From NCBI GenBank assembly GCA_964648985.1, contig CAZYMS010000004.1, positions 2,793 to 66,792 of the forward strand: DNA of 64,000 nt, read 5' to 3'. Shown piece after piece: positions 1 to 9,145 of this stretch (positions are counted from its first letter, which is position 1; every line of letters begins with the position of its first letter). The notes under the pieces are model-generated. The model was not told where the DNA came from and searched no databases. It was given only the letters and a program-made list of their open reading frames with translations. Source of the DNA: an uncultured Candidatus Saccharibacteria bacterium (GTDB lineage Bacteria > Patescibacteriota > Doudnabacteria > UBA920). A program made the translations under genes and the position numbers.

Positions 1-1
1 C

Positions 2-379
2 TATGCGAACGGTCAACTGCTTAATCAAAATGGGACTATATACATTGTGTACAAAAATACCATAACTGGCTTCAGTAATGCGTCTGCATTTCTTGGCTTA
101 GGGTTTAGCTTTGCTAATGCACTTACTATTGACTATACGAATCTACAGACATCTGGTTATATTGTTACCACGCCGTACGCAGCTCATCCGTGGGGTAGTT
201 GGGTAAAGAGCGGTCAGACGGTGTACTTTGTCCACCAGGACGGACTTATTCCCATTTCCTCATACGATATATTCTTAAATAACAGTGGACAGAATAAATT
301 TATAGTAGAAATGAATAGTTATGACTGGCAGCGAACAATGCTATCACATATGACTTATGGCGATTATCGTTTGCGGTAA
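2..379 (+). CDS. 3' end of a surface/secreted repeat protein whose 5' part lies upstream of the window; it carries the same ~55-aa C-terminal repeat as 13949..17209 and 30710..47245
   Basis: The frame is open from position 2 with no stop. 'GQTVYFVHQDGLIPISSYDIFLNNSG' aligns with 'NKTVYFIADAGRIPVSSWEVFLGNGG' of the 1101-aa protein and with the four C-terminal repeats of the giant protein. Confidence 0.6.
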   Translation, partial: YANGQLLNQNGTIYIVYKNTITGFSNASAFLGLGFSFANALTIDYTNLQTSGYIVTTPYAAHPWGSWVKSGQTVYFVHQDGLIPISSYDIFLNNSGQNKFIVEMNSYDWQRTMLSHMTYGDYRLR

Positions 380-391
380 TATTTTGATGGA

Positions 392-757
392 GTGTATATG
401 AACATCCAAACTATAAATCAAATAAAACACACGGCAGATACGGTGGAATTGGCGCACCTTCTATGGATTGCTCTGGTGGTTACAAGCCTGCCAATAATGC
501 TTATGTGGGAACCCTATACGTACGTTGCCGTCAGTACAATATTCATTACTACTGGTTCTTGGATACTGTGGGGAGACTGTCCGCTATTTACCCTAGAAAA
601 CCGCTTGCGACGACAATACGACCAACAGGAAAGTTATGCTGGCTCATTCATGTCGCACTATCTGCATAAGCATTTCTCGATTGAGGTTCCTACTCTCGTA
701 TTTACGGTACTTGGTTACGTGTATGCTGCGTTCATTATCGCTTTTGCATTTTTATAG
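392..757 (+). CDS. hypothetical integral membrane protein
   Basis: 121-aa ORF with hydrophobic segments, tightly spaced after the upstream gene. Confidence 0.4.
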   Translation: MYMNIQTINQIKHTADTVELAHLLWIALVVTSLPIMLMWEPYTYVAVSTIFITTGSWILWGDCPLFTLENRLRRQYDQQESYAGSFMSHYLHKHFSIEVPTLVFTVLGYVYAAFIIAFAFL

Positions 758-997
758 GGGCTCTCAATTATTATTAATCCTTGAGAGGGGGTGAGAACCA
801 ATGAGTAAAACATTGAAACGGCGGATACATAAAATTCATCACACAATACAAAAAGAGGTACAGGAACGACAGCCACTTTGTTTACAAGTAGTGTTTCCCC
901 GCACACGAGTAAGAGATACGCCTACGAAGGAGCGTGGATATATAGTATGCGGGCTGGAGGGTATTATTAATACCAACTCACCCAGTAAAATTCTACG

Positions 998-1393
998 GTG
1001 AGCGAAGGAACATATTATATGAACAAATTTAATTGGACCAAGGCCATTGGTGTTGGCGTAATAATTTGGGGGGTTATGACATTCTCGTTGTGGGTACTAA
1101 GTAGTTTCCAATCTCTCGGACCGCTTTGGGCGCATGCGATTGTAGCTGCCATAGGTGGACTGGCTACGGTTTTGCTCGCCGCAGGGAGCGGGCCTGAAGG
1201 TGGCTCTCAAGCTGCTGAATACGGACTAAGCTGGGCTGTGGTTACGGTGCTATTAGACTTAGCTGTTACTCAGTGGTTTGATGCGCATATTTTTACTGCT
1301 TGGCTGTACTGGCTTGGAATTGCCTTAGTGCTTATTGCCCCGTTTGTGACATACGAATTACAAGGCTCTGGGTCACGCTCAAAGGCAGCATAG
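998..1393 (+). CDS. hypothetical membrane protein
   Basis: 131-aa ORF with 3-4 predicted TM helices. Confidence 0.4.
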   Translation: MSEGTYYMNKFNWTKAIGVGVIIWGVMTFSLWVLSSFQSLGPLWAHAIVAAIGGLATVLLAAGSGPEGGSQAAEYGLSWAVVTVLLDLAVTQWFDAHIFTAWLYWLGIALVLIAPFVTYELQGSGSRSKAA

Positions 1394-1412
1394 GGAACTA
1401 TGCAGAGCAAAC

Positions 1413-1449
1413 ACTCATACTGAGCGTGAGTCGATACGCTCAGTATGAG
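1413..1449. repeat. perfect 14-15 bp inverted repeat (ACTCATACTGAGCGT / ACGCTCAGTATGAG) with an 8-nt loop. Hairpin 3' of the 998..1393 gene, followed by an A-tract
   Basis: seen directly in sequence. Confidence 0.5.
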
Positions 1450-1486
1450 CATACAAAAAAGCGGACTTTAAAAATATAGCGCGCAT

Positions 1487-1840
1487 ATGATAAAGCTAAT
1501 GAAAAAGGGTTCCTACCGTCTGGTAGCAACTAAAGACCATAAAAGAATGCTCTATCTGGATGGGCAGGGGTACCAATGGGCATATGCAGAACATATTGGA
1601 GACTTGCTTGCCTATTCAAAGCATCCGCATAAGTTCAATTACCTGTTGGCGGCAGGTGACTATAGAATATATCAAGTTAAAGACGAGCCAAAGCTTGTAG
1701 ACCTGGACCATTTAGAACTTGAGGCGGGGAAAGATAAGTGGCAGGGATACTTACTGCTAACTGGCCTACCTACCCGAAGTAAGATTCGGAGCCGGATTGA
1801 GGCAACCCGCGAAGTAATCACCGGGTTTGTAGTAGAGTAG
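1487..1840 (+). CDS. hypothetical protein
   Basis: 117-aa ORF, no recognisable motif. Confidence 0.4.
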   Translation: MIKLMKKGSYRLVATKDHKRMLYLDGQGYQWAYAEHIGDLLAYSKHPHKFNYLLAAGDYRIYQVKDEPKLVDLDHLELEAGKDKWQGYLLLTGLPTRSKIRSRIEATREVITGFVVE

Positions 1841-1857
1841 TTGTTAATTAAACATCT

Positions 1858-2409
1858 ATGAATGAACTCGAGACCCAACATGTACATGAATTCAGAATTC
1901 GGAGCAGTGTACTTCTCCTGCTCATTAAAGGCGCGATTGCGTGGATTGCCTTAACCGTGTGTACGTATGCTTTTGATGTTCTGGTGGTGTCTCTGGTTGG
2001 AAATGGAAATAAGTATAGTCTTGGCGCCGTTGTGCTAAGCGCAGAAAGTTTGGTAACGTTTGTTCCTTTGTTCGATTTCATACTAAACACCATATATGGG
2101 GTGCTCGTCCTCTACATTACACTCAGTTGGATTTACGAGTATTCCATGATTAAAAAAAGTGATATTCTCACTCATCGAGGAATTGTGTTTAGCCACGAAC
2201 AAGTGTACGAAATGGGAGATATTAAAACCATAGAGGTGGTGCAAGGATTTTGGGGGAAACTATTCAACACAGGAACAGTAAAACTGTATGCGCATCGGGC
2301 ACAAAAATTTGTATTCCTAAGAAGCGTGAGCAGGCCACATGCGATAGCAGCGCATATACGCGACTTGCATCCTGCACCTGATGTACTAGAAGAGACTACT
2401 GGCAAATAA
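1858..2409 (+). CDS. membrane protein with a bacterial PH-like domain (bPH_2 / YdbS-YdbT-like)
   Basis: Two N-terminal TM helices are followed by 'ILTHRGIVFSHEQVYEMGDIKTIEVVQGFWGKLFNTGTVKL', typical of bPH_2 domains. Confidence 0.45.
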   Translation: MNELETQHVHEFRIRSSVLLLLIKGAIAWIALTVCTYAFDVLVVSLVGNGNKYSLGAVVLSAESLVTFVPLFDFILNTIYGVLVLYITLSWIYEYSMIKKSDILTHRGIVFSHEQVYEMGDIKTIEVVQGFWGKLFNTGTVKLYAHRAQKFVFLRSVSRPHAIAAHIRDLHPAPDVLEETTGK

Positions 2410-2457
2410 ACTGAAAAATAAATATGTACGTTATTTGGTGCACTATATTACACGACC

Positions 2458-3546
2458 ATGAACCGACTATACAAAAATATAATAGTTCTTAGTGTGGTAG
2501 TCTTACTGGTTGCGGGTGCCGTAGTTATTTATTTAGAGCTAAAAGATTTTTCAGTCCTATCGCCCAATACCAATGGTGGAAGAGTAACCCCGGAAGAAGT
2601 GAACTTTAACCAAGTTGGCAACTTGCTGCGAGACAATCCAGGATTAAAGCCAGGAGTATGGTACTTGTCCTACGGAGAACCAGGAAAGCCAGGCTTAAAG
2701 GCGGAGCTACAATTCATCAGTCAAAACTCAGATTTGCAGATTGGTGAACGGGTACATATAGAAGGGCATGAAACCAATGAAGTAGTTATTGTGAGTAAGC
2801 TCGAAATTTTAAATGCATATAAAAGTAATCTTGTTTGGGTTGAGTCGCCCCTGCCTAACGATACGGTGATTAATCCCATTACCATTACGGGTTGGGCTAA
2901 AGGGAGTTGGTACTTTGAGGCCAGTTTTCCAGTAAAAGTTCTAGACGCGAATGGTAAAACTTTGGGACAGGCTGTTGCTACAGCTCAAGACGATTGGATG
3001 ACTAACGAGTATGTACAGTTTATGTCGAGTATGCAATTTACTTCTCCCACTACCGCTACTGGCACTGTAATTCTAGAAAAAGATAATCCATCAGGGTTAC
3101 GACAACATGCAGATGAATTGCGTATACCAGTTACATTTGGTACAGAGGGACGAGCCGTGAAGCTGTATTATTACAGCCCAAATAAAGACAGGGATGCCCG
3201 CGGAAATATTCTTTGTTCGAGGCAAGGGCTTGTGGCAGTGGGGCGGCAAATTCCACTTACCAATACGCCTATTCAAGACACGATTAAGCTTTTACTGCAA
3301 GGACGCGTTACGGAACAGGAAAAATCGCAAGGAATTTCTACAGAGTATCCATTACCGGGGTTAGAGCTAAAAAGTGCCAACCAAGTTAACCGTAGTCTAA
3401 CGTTAGAGTTTGTAGATCCGCAGAACAAAACCGCAGGTGGCTCGTGCAGGGTAGGGGTGCTGTGGTTTCAAATTGAAGCTACCGCCAAGCAGTTTCCTGG
3501 AATAACAGAAGTTATATTTAAACCAGAAGAGTTATTTCAACCGTAA
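2458..3546 (+). CDS. membrane-anchored protein with GerMN / Gmad2-like (spore-germination-related, Ig-like) domains
   Basis: N-terminal TM anchor. The C-terminal region 'LLQGRVTEQEKSQGISTEYP...SLTLEFVDPQ' resembles the GerMN family. Moderate recall. Confidence 0.4.
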   Translation: MNRLYKNIIVLSVVVLLVAGAVVIYLELKDFSVLSPNTNGGRVTPEEVNFNQVGNLLRDNPGLKPGVWYLSYGEPGKPGLKAELQFISQNSDLQIGERVHIEGHETNEVVIVSKLEILNAYKSNLVWVESPLPNDTVINPITITGWAKGSWYFEASFPVKVLDANGKTLGQAVATAQDDWMTNEYVQFMSSMQFTSPTTATGTVILEKDNPSGLRQHADELRIPVTFGTEGRAVKLYYYSPNKDRDARGNILCSRQGLVAVGRQIPLTNTPIQDTIKLLLQGRVTEQEKSQGISTEYPLPGLELKSANQVNRSLTLEFVDPQNKTAGGSCRVGVLWFQIEATAKQFPGITEVIFKPEELFQP

Positions 3547-3565
3547 GTATTAAAGTCGTAACTAT

Positions 3566-3730
3566 ATGAAGATTAAAATTGAACAACACACCTTTTCTGG
3601 GGCTATATGGTTTATTGGGTGGCTGTTTACCATTGGCTTCGTACATCTGACATTTTGGAAAGGCGTACTAGCATTAGTAATCTGGCCGTATTATATAGGA
3701 AACACCATCAGCACTTTATTGTTACAGTAA
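3566..3730 (+). CDS. small hydrophobic protein (54 aa), below the ORF-track cutoff
   Basis: An ATG at 3566 opens a 54-codon ORF for a two-TM-like peptide (MKIKIEQHTFSGAIWFIGWLFTIGFVHL...). It fills an otherwise empty 217-bp gap. Confidence 0.3.
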   Translation: MKIKIEQHTFSGAIWFIGWLFTIGFVHLTFWKGVLALVIWPYYIGNTISTLLLQ

Positions 3731-3763
3731 TTAAATATTCCGCCTAGAGCGAAAGGAGTATAT

Positions 3764-3946
3764 ATGTCAGAAGAAACTATGACTAATAAAAAAGATGACG
3801 CCTCGGGGCTGTTTATCCCAGCCGGGCTATTCCTCGGGTTTGCACTTGGGTTTATTTTCGGTAATATCCCCGCTGGAATATTTGGTGGAATGGGCGTTGG
3901 ATTTCTGCTTTTCGCCATAGTTAAGAATTTAAGAAAGCAATCTTAA
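3764..3946 (+). CDS. small membrane protein
   Basis: 60 aa with a Gly-rich TM pair, preceded by the RBS-like 'aaaggag'. Confidence 0.35.
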   Translation: MSEETMTNKKDDASGLFIPAGLFLGFALGFIFGNIPAGIFGGMGVGFLLFAIVKNLRKQS

Positions 3947-3966
3947 TGGTATAGAAAGGGACTTTT

Positions 3967-4230
3967 ATGACCGAAGAAAAGACAACCTCGCAAGGTCCGA
4001 AAGAAGAATTTAAAGTTTCGGGGGAAGATATCGTAAAAAAGATAAAAGAAATTATTAAGTCTGGTAATGCAAGGCGCATTATTTTAAAGAACGAAAAGGG
4101 CGAGGTGCTTATGGAGATACCGCTTACCTTTGCCGTAGTGGGTACGGTTTTTGCGCCAGTGCTGGCAGCGGTGGGCGCGCTTGCTGCTCTGTTGACCGAG
4201 TGCACCATTACCGTAGTGAGAAAGGAATAG
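3967..4230 (+). CDS. DUF4342 family protein
   Basis: 'KEEFKVSGEDIVKKIKEIIKSGNARRIILKNEKGEVLMEIPLTFAVVGTVFAPVLAAVGALAALLTECTITVVRKE' closely matches the DUF4342 consensus. Confidence 0.55.
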   Translation: MTEEKTTSQGPKEEFKVSGEDIVKKIKEIIKSGNARRIILKNEKGEVLMEIPLTFAVVGTVFAPVLAAVGALAALLTECTITVVRKE

Positions 4231-4232
4231 GT

Positions 4233-4640
4233 ATGCCTGAACATACACAAAACACCTGTACCCGAATACTTAGTGTCTTTCTCTTTTGTATTGGCCTCAG
4301 CGCGATTGCGGGCGGCTACGGACTAATCTTTCTAAATGGCTTGGGCATGCCAGTGACAAGCCTACGCGGAGTGTTTAGCTCCTTTATTATCCCGGGTCTT
4401 ATACTCGCTTTTATCGTAGGAGGTACCCACATTGCGGCCAGCATACTGTTATGGCTAAAGTCTAAATATGCAGTTGAAGCTACCGCAGTTGCCGGTTTCG
4501 GGCTTCTCGTGTGGATCTTTACAGAACTCTATATTATTCGTGAGGGTCATTGGCTGCACGTTTTGTATTTTGGTTTTGCAGTTGTGACGTTGATAGTAAC
4601 GATGCTATTACTTAAACTTCGGAAGCAGACTGATACATAA
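4233..4640 (+). CDS. hypothetical membrane protein
   Basis: ATG at 4233 follows 'gagaaaggaa'. Four TM helices. Confidence 0.4.
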   Translation: MPEHTQNTCTRILSVFLFCIGLSAIAGGYGLIFLNGLGMPVTSLRGVFSSFIIPGLILAFIVGGTHIAASILLWLKSKYAVEATAVAGFGLLVWIFTELYIIREGHWLHVLYFGFAVVTLIVTMLLLKLRKQTDT

Positions 4641-4667
4641 TTATTTAGTTTGCATGAAAGGAGTTGT

Positions 4668-4832
4668 ATGATTAATGCGACTTGGCATAAAAAACATATT
4701 ATGCCGAAAAACCCAACTCTTGCAGAAAGAACTAAATGGCACATGGCTCATGCAAAACAGTGTGGTTGCCGGGCAATGCCAAAGAGTATGCAGGCGCTCG
4801 TAAATCAAATAGTTCATAGGAAAGGAAAATAA
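4668..4832 (+). CDS. small basic protein (54 aa)
   Basis: ATG at 4668 sits 5 nt after AAAGGAG. Function unknown. Confidence 0.3.
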   Translation: MINATWHKKHIMPKNPTLAERTKWHMAHAKQCGCRAMPKSMQALVNQIVHRKGK

Positions 4833-4835
4833 TAT

Positions 4836-5066
4836 ATGCACATAGTATATAGAGACTATCCATTAGTAATGTTGTATCGCCCAGGGTTGGGGTTGTTAGT
4901 ACTGCTCGCAGTCATATGGACGCTTGTCTGGAAAGGTATCGCGTTGTGGAAAGCCGGGCAGAATGGTCATAAGGGTTGGTTTGTTGCTCTTTTCTTACTC
5001 AATACCTTAGGTATTTTGGAGATTGTATATATAGTCTGGTTTGGCCAGAAAAAACCTGCTTACTAA
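4836..5066 (+). CDS. small membrane protein, PLD-nuclease N-terminal (PLDc_N)-like
   Basis: 'GWFVALFLLNTLGILEIVYIVWFGQKK' resembles the PLDc_N / short-membrane-protein family. Confidence 0.35.
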   Translation: MHIVYRDYPLVMLYRPGLGLLVLLAVIWTLVWKGIALWKAGQNGHKGWFVALFLLNTLGILEIVYIVWFGQKKPAY

Positions 5067-5070
5067 TACT

Positions 5071-5541
5071 ATGAAAAAATTACTTATTACTCAAAGTATT
5101 ATTTTATTCAGTGGCACGTTGTTTGCGTGGTATAACGTGATCAGAAACTTTGTGCGATTCTACCACGTAGAAGGAACCATTTTCAAAATTCATAACTGCC
5201 TTATCCCCAACCCGGTAACCGAAGCCTGCTTTTATGGCGCAGTTGCGTTTCTTGTTGCGCTAATTTGGTCACTCGTTATTGTCCAGAAGGCAAAAGATAA
5301 AATCGTGCGTCAACAACGTTGCCTTTGGTGGTTCTTAGTGTTCGGCACAATATTTGCCTGGTGTAACGTAGCTCGGGAGTTTATTGCTTTTTATAGCGTT
5401 CAGTCGGGTCCGGTACTAGGATGTTCGGCAACGCCAATCGTAAATCCGTTTTATACCCCGTGCTTTACCGGAGCGACCATCTTTTTACTCGTAGCTTTCC
5501 TGGCTGGTAGTATTTATGTTTCGCTACACAAAGATTCATAA
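5071..5541 (+). CDS. membrane protein with an internal tandem duplication and paired cysteines
   Basis: Two homologous halves, each with a Cys pair (C..NPVTEAC and C..NPFYTPC), and four TM segments. Confidence 0.4.
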   Translation: MKKLLITQSIILFSGTLFAWYNVIRNFVRFYHVEGTIFKIHNCLIPNPVTEACFYGAVAFLVALIWSLVIVQKAKDKIVRQQRCLWWFLVFGTIFAWCNVAREFIAFYSVQSGPVLGCSATPIVNPFYTPCFTGATIFLLVAFLAGSIYVSLHKDS

Positions 5542-5551
5542 CAATAATTAT

Positions 5552-6175
5552 ATGCATTTCAAAGACCGACAACACGCAGGAGAGCAGCTGGCGCACGTGC
5601 TTAAAAAGTATAAGGACAAGAATAGTGCCGTGTACGCTTTGCCGCGTGGCGGCGTAGTTGTGGGAGCAATGGTTGCTAAAACGCTACAAGCGCCGCTGAA
5701 TCTGCTTATCGTCCGAAAGATTGGCCACCCGTATAATCCTGAATACGCGATTGCCGCAGTTTTCGAGCATGGTGATATCGTCAGCAATGAAGAAGAGTTG
5801 TCACACGTTGACCCTGTGTGGTTCAAGAAAGCAGTAGCCGTAGAACGCGCCGAAGCAACACGACGGAGAAAGCTGTACTTAAAAAACAAGAAACCTATTC
5901 CGGCAAAAGACAAAGTGTGTATTATTGTAGACGATGGTCTCGCTACTGGCTTGACTATGAAGGTAGCAATACAAGAGTTACGTCGCCAAAAACCAAAGTC
6001 AATTATTGTTGCTGTGCCCGTAGCTCCAGCGGAAGTAGTTACGGAACTCGCGAAGTTAGTAGATGATATCGTTGTGCTATATGTCCCCACAGGCTTGTTC
6101 GCTGTCGTAGGTAGTTACTACCAAGACTTTGATCAAGTTACAGACGAACAAGTTATTACATTCATGAAAGGATAA
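5552..6175 (+). CDS. phosphoribosyltransferase-domain protein (predicted PRTase)
   Basis: PRPP-binding motif 'VCIIVDDGLATGLTM' plus 'LPRGGVVVG'. Confidence 0.6.
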   Translation: MHFKDRQHAGEQLAHVLKKYKDKNSAVYALPRGGVVVGAMVAKTLQAPLNLLIVRKIGHPYNPEYAIAAVFEHGDIVSNEEELSHVDPVWFKKAVAVERAEATRRRKLYLKNKKPIPAKDKVCIIVDDGLATGLTMKVAIQELRRQKPKSIIVAVPVAPAEVVTELAKLVDDIVVLYVPTGLFAVVGSYYQDFDQVTDEQVITFMKG

Positions 6176-6182
6176 AACTACT

Positions 6183-6404
6183 ATGCAAGAATCTAATAAT
6201 TATATATGTGAACTTTGCGGTACGCGTATGGCAAGCAGTATAGATTACTCCGAGGACTTTGCTGTGCAAACAGCAGTGTCCGATCGCTTGGAAGCAAACA
6301 CGGGCGAACGAATAAACATAGCCACTATGAGCCGCTTGTGCGATGAGTGTTATAATTCACTTAATATTAACGATGATGAACTGGAAGCGGAAAATGTCCC
6401 ATGA
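6183..6404 (+). CDS. small zinc-ribbon protein
   Basis: CxxC...CxxC ('CELCG ... CDECY'). Confidence 0.35.
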   Translation: MQESNNYICELCGTRMASSIDYSEDFAVQTAVSDRLEANTGERINIATMSRLCDECYNSLNINDDELEAENVP

Positions 6405-6985
6405 GTATGTGGCACACTAAAAAAGGAAGATATGTACTCGCGCTTATTTCCGTAGTTCTGTTTGTCTGCGTGTCTTTAGTATTGTTTGTTGTCTTGAGCC
6501 CTGAGCAAATAATACATTGGGTGGGGGCAAGGAATGCGTATGTTCTCATTTTCGTTATGGCCATTGCTGGGGGGTTTACCACTTTTAATATTATTCCATA
6601 CCACCCCATGTTAATTGCGCTGGCGGTTGGTGGCTTAAACCCGTACCTATTAGGAATGTTAGCAGCTACTGGTGTTACGTTAGGGGACTCAACTTCGTAC
6701 TGGTTGGGAACACAGGGAAGGGTGTTATTGTCTGGGAAGACCAATAAGTGGTTTGACCGGATACATCGTCTGAGTGAGCAGAATGCAAAGCTCCAGATGT
6801 TTTTATTTTTTCTCTATAGCACTTTTATACCAACATCCAACGACCTCCTCACTATTCCTGCTGGTATTGCGCGTATTGCGTTTTGGCGAGTGATGATTCC
6901 ACTGCTGCTTGGTAATATTATTTTTGACACTGCTCTGGCCTACCTTGCTACGCGCGCTCCCGACTTTATTCAAAGATATCTATAA
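6401..6985 (+). CDS. DedA/VTT (SNARE-associated) family membrane protein
   Basis: Polytopic protein. 'AGGFTTFNIIPYHPMLIALAVGG..GMLAATGVTLGDSTSYWLG' resembles DedA. Confidence 0.4.
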   Translation: MSMWHTKKGRYVLALISVVLFVCVSLVLFVVLSPEQIIHWVGARNAYVLIFVMAIAGGFTTFNIIPYHPMLIALAVGGLNPYLLGMLAATGVTLGDSTSYWLGTQGRVLLSGKTNKWFDRIHRLSEQNAKLQMFLFFLYSTFIPTSNDLLTIPAGIARIAFWRVMIPLLLGNIIFDTALAYLATRAPDFIQRYL

Positions 6986-7031
6986 TAGTACTCATAACTG
7001 TACCGCAACGCTCGTAATTAATATCAAACTT

Positions 7032-7829
7032 ATGGAAACAAAAATATCTATACAACACCTTATAGATCTTACGGGGAAAACCGCCATCGTTACCGGTGGT
7101 GCTATGGGAATTGGGTTTGGAATCGCATATCGATTAGCTGAAGCAGGAGCAAATGTAGTTATTGCCGATCTTAACGAAGAGGTCGGTAACCGAGCAGTAA
7201 AACAACTAACTGTTCAAGGTTTTAAAGCTGTGTTTATCAAGGCTAACGTAGCCGAGGAACACGACGTGCAAGCTGCAGTTAATTTTGCTGTTACGACATT
7301 CGGGGCACTTACTATTTTAGTAAATAATGCCGGTATCTATCCAATTGTTCCTATCATGCAAATGCAGGCAGCGGATTTTGAACAGATACTTAATGTTAAC
7401 CTAAAGAGTGTTTTTCTGTTTACCAAGACTGCTAGTGAGGTGATGATTAAACAAGGTCAAGGCGGCAAGATTATTAACATTACTTCTGTAGATGCCCTAC
7501 ATCCTTCATCGGTTGGTCTGGCGGTCTATGACGCTTCTAAGCACGGTCTCTGGGGCTTTACTAAAAACACTGCTTTAGAACTTGCTCCACATAGCATTCA
7601 GGTGAATGCTATTGCCCCGGGCGGTGTGGCCACCCCGGGTACGGGTGAAGGTAAATCTACGTCTCCGGAAATAGAAGAAATTCAAAAGAAGTTTAGAGAC
7701 AAAATCCCAATGAAAAGAATGGGTACTCCGGATGAAATTGGCAAAGTAGCTTTATTTCTAGCTTCCGATTTATCTAGCTATATGACGGGTTCTCAAATAG
7801 TGGTAGATGGAGGAGTTTTGCTCTCTTAA
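7032..7829 (+). CDS. SDR-family NAD(P)-dependent oxidoreductase
   Basis: 'TGGAMGIG' Rossmann motif, 'NNAG', and catalytic 'YDASKHGL'. Confidence 0.8.
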   Translation: METKISIQHLIDLTGKTAIVTGGAMGIGFGIAYRLAEAGANVVIADLNEEVGNRAVKQLTVQGFKAVFIKANVAEEHDVQAAVNFAVTTFGALTILVNNAGIYPIVPIMQMQAADFEQILNVNLKSVFLFTKTASEVMIKQGQGGKIINITSVDALHPSSVGLAVYDASKHGLWGFTKNTALELAPHSIQVNAIAPGGVATPGTGEGKSTSPEIEEIQKKFRDKIPMKRMGTPDEIGKVALFLASDLSSYMTGSQIVVDGGVLLS

Positions 7830-7963
7830 TATGCGGAAATACAAAGTCCTTACGCAGATATTCTCAATCATTGCCGTCCAATTAGTCGGTTATGTTGGAA
7901 CATTATTTTAAATATTATCCTTGGGAAAAATTAAAATAGTTGAGCGGGCGTAGCTTGCAAGCC

Positions 7964-7999
7964 AAAAACCACCATTCGATACACTCATGGTGGTTTTTG
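7964..7999. terminator. stem-loop AAAAACCACCAT-loop-ATGGTGGTTTTT
   Basis: GC stem flanked by an A-tract and a T-tract (bidirectional terminator shape). Near-identical copy at 8496..8530. Confidence 0.5.
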
Positions 8000-8042
8000 C
8001 ATTTGATATGTATAATACGGGTATATTAACCTCATTTTTTAT

Positions 8043-8468
8043 ATGGCTACCATAAACCCTTGGATAAACTTTAACGGCAACGCGGAAGAAGCGTTCACCT
8101 TTTATAAATCCGTCTTTGGCGGAGAGTTTGGCAAAATAGTACGGTTCAAAGACCTCGCCAGCGCTGACTTTCCTGTACCTGAAAATGAGGCGAATAAAAT
8201 TATGTACATTGCTCTGCCTATTGGACAAGGTAATGTATTAATTGGTAACGATGTCCCAGAAGTAATGGGCAAAGTTAACGAGCGTGAAAACCGAAGTAAA
8301 ATTTCTGTGAGTGCGGATAGCAAGGAAGAAGCAGAAAAGTTATTTAACGGACTTTCTGCTGGGGGAGAGGTAGAAGGTCCAATGGGCGACGGCCCCTGGG
8401 GCTCCTATGCCGGTATGTTCCGCGACAAATACGGCATTGAGTGGATAATTGAATTTTATTCCAAATAA
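8043..8468 (+). CDS. VOC / PhnB-like (glyoxalase / 3-demethylubiquinone-9 3-methyltransferase-domain) protein
   Basis: 'INFNGNAEEAFTFYKSVFGGEF' is the PhnB-like N-terminus. Confidence 0.7.
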   Translation: MATINPWINFNGNAEEAFTFYKSVFGGEFGKIVRFKDLASADFPVPENEANKIMYIALPIGQGNVLIGNDVPEVMGKVNERENRSKISVSADSKEEAEKLFNGLSAGGEVEGPMGDGPWGSYAGMFRDKYGIEWIIEFYSK

Positions 8469-8495
8469 AATTTTTTTTGCCTGTAGGGACCATTT

Positions 8496-8530
8496 AAAAA
8501 CCACCGTTCGATAAACTCACGGTGGTTTTT
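8496..8530. terminator. stem-loop AAAAACCACCGT-loop-ACGGTGGTTTTT (paralogous copy of 7964..7999)
   Basis: Bidirectional terminator between convergent genes. It differs from the upstream copy by compensatory A-T to G-C changes. Confidence 0.55.
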
Positions 8531-8539
8531 AATATTAAC

Positions 8540-9019
8540 TTATTCGCTCCAAGCGCTTTTGTACTTATCGGTTTGCAGTAATCTTTCTATCTCAAATCTA
8601 ATTTCTTGAATATCTTCTGTATTGAGTGGCCTAAAGTTGTCGTAGAAACCGGTCTCTCGGTGGGGTAGCTGAACAGCGTCGCCATATTTTTGAATAGTAG
8701 CTGTGGTGGCACGGCCATATATTTGCATGTGAAGCGTTGGGCCTTCCGGCTTGAATACTCCCCAGTTGCCCATGTCTTGATAGTTTACAATCCCTATATC
8801 TACACCACGTCTCGCCATTGCCAATTTTAGTGCCTCTCCTGCAACCATAGACAGCTTCATGTATTCAATGGCAAGTTTGGGGGATAGCTGTGTTCTATCA
8901 CGCACCGCAATCTTGGGGAATATATACATATGACCACCTTCTGCTCGGTCAATGAAAGGCTTGGACGCGGCTTGTATGTAAAAGTTTTCTGTCTCGTAAA
9001 TTGGAATTTGTGTTTGCAT
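8540..9019 (-). CDS. HIT-like fold protein with a degenerate histidine triad
   Basis: 'GGHMYIFPK' and 'LHMQIY' resemble HIT-family motifs but only one His of the triad is kept. Confidence 0.35.
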   Translation of the reverse strand: MQTQIPIYETENFYIQAASKPFIDRAEGGHMYIFPKIAVRDRTQLSPKLAIEYMKLSMVAGEALKLAMARRGVDIGIVNYQDMGNWGVFKPEGPTLHMQIYGRATTATIQKYGDAVQLPHRETGFYDNFRPLNTEDIQEIRFEIERLLQTDKYKSAWSE

Positions 9020-9056
9020 GGGACTAGTATAACAAAAATGTCTCTATCGTATAAGA

Positions 9057-9065
9057 TGCTATAAT
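9057..9065 (+). promoter_or_regulatory. extended -10 element TGCTATAAT upstream of the Nudix gene
   Basis: TGnTATAAT lies ~80 nt upstream of the ATG at 9146. Confidence 0.25.
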
Positions 9066-9145
9066 AATGGTCAGTTTTATTCTACCCATGGGCGTGCGTG
9101 ATTTTTGTGTTTGCGGGGTAAATTAAAGTTCTATATACTCTCGGC

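Noticed and set aside
5548-6090. 180-aa minus-strand ORF
   Set aside because: It is fully antisense to the well-supported PRTase gene and has Ser/Thr/Ala-rich low-complexity composition.
5552-6175. PRTase as a retron type-III-like effector
   Set aside because: The PRTase lies 16 kb from the RT, in a different transcriptional context. No linkage is supported.
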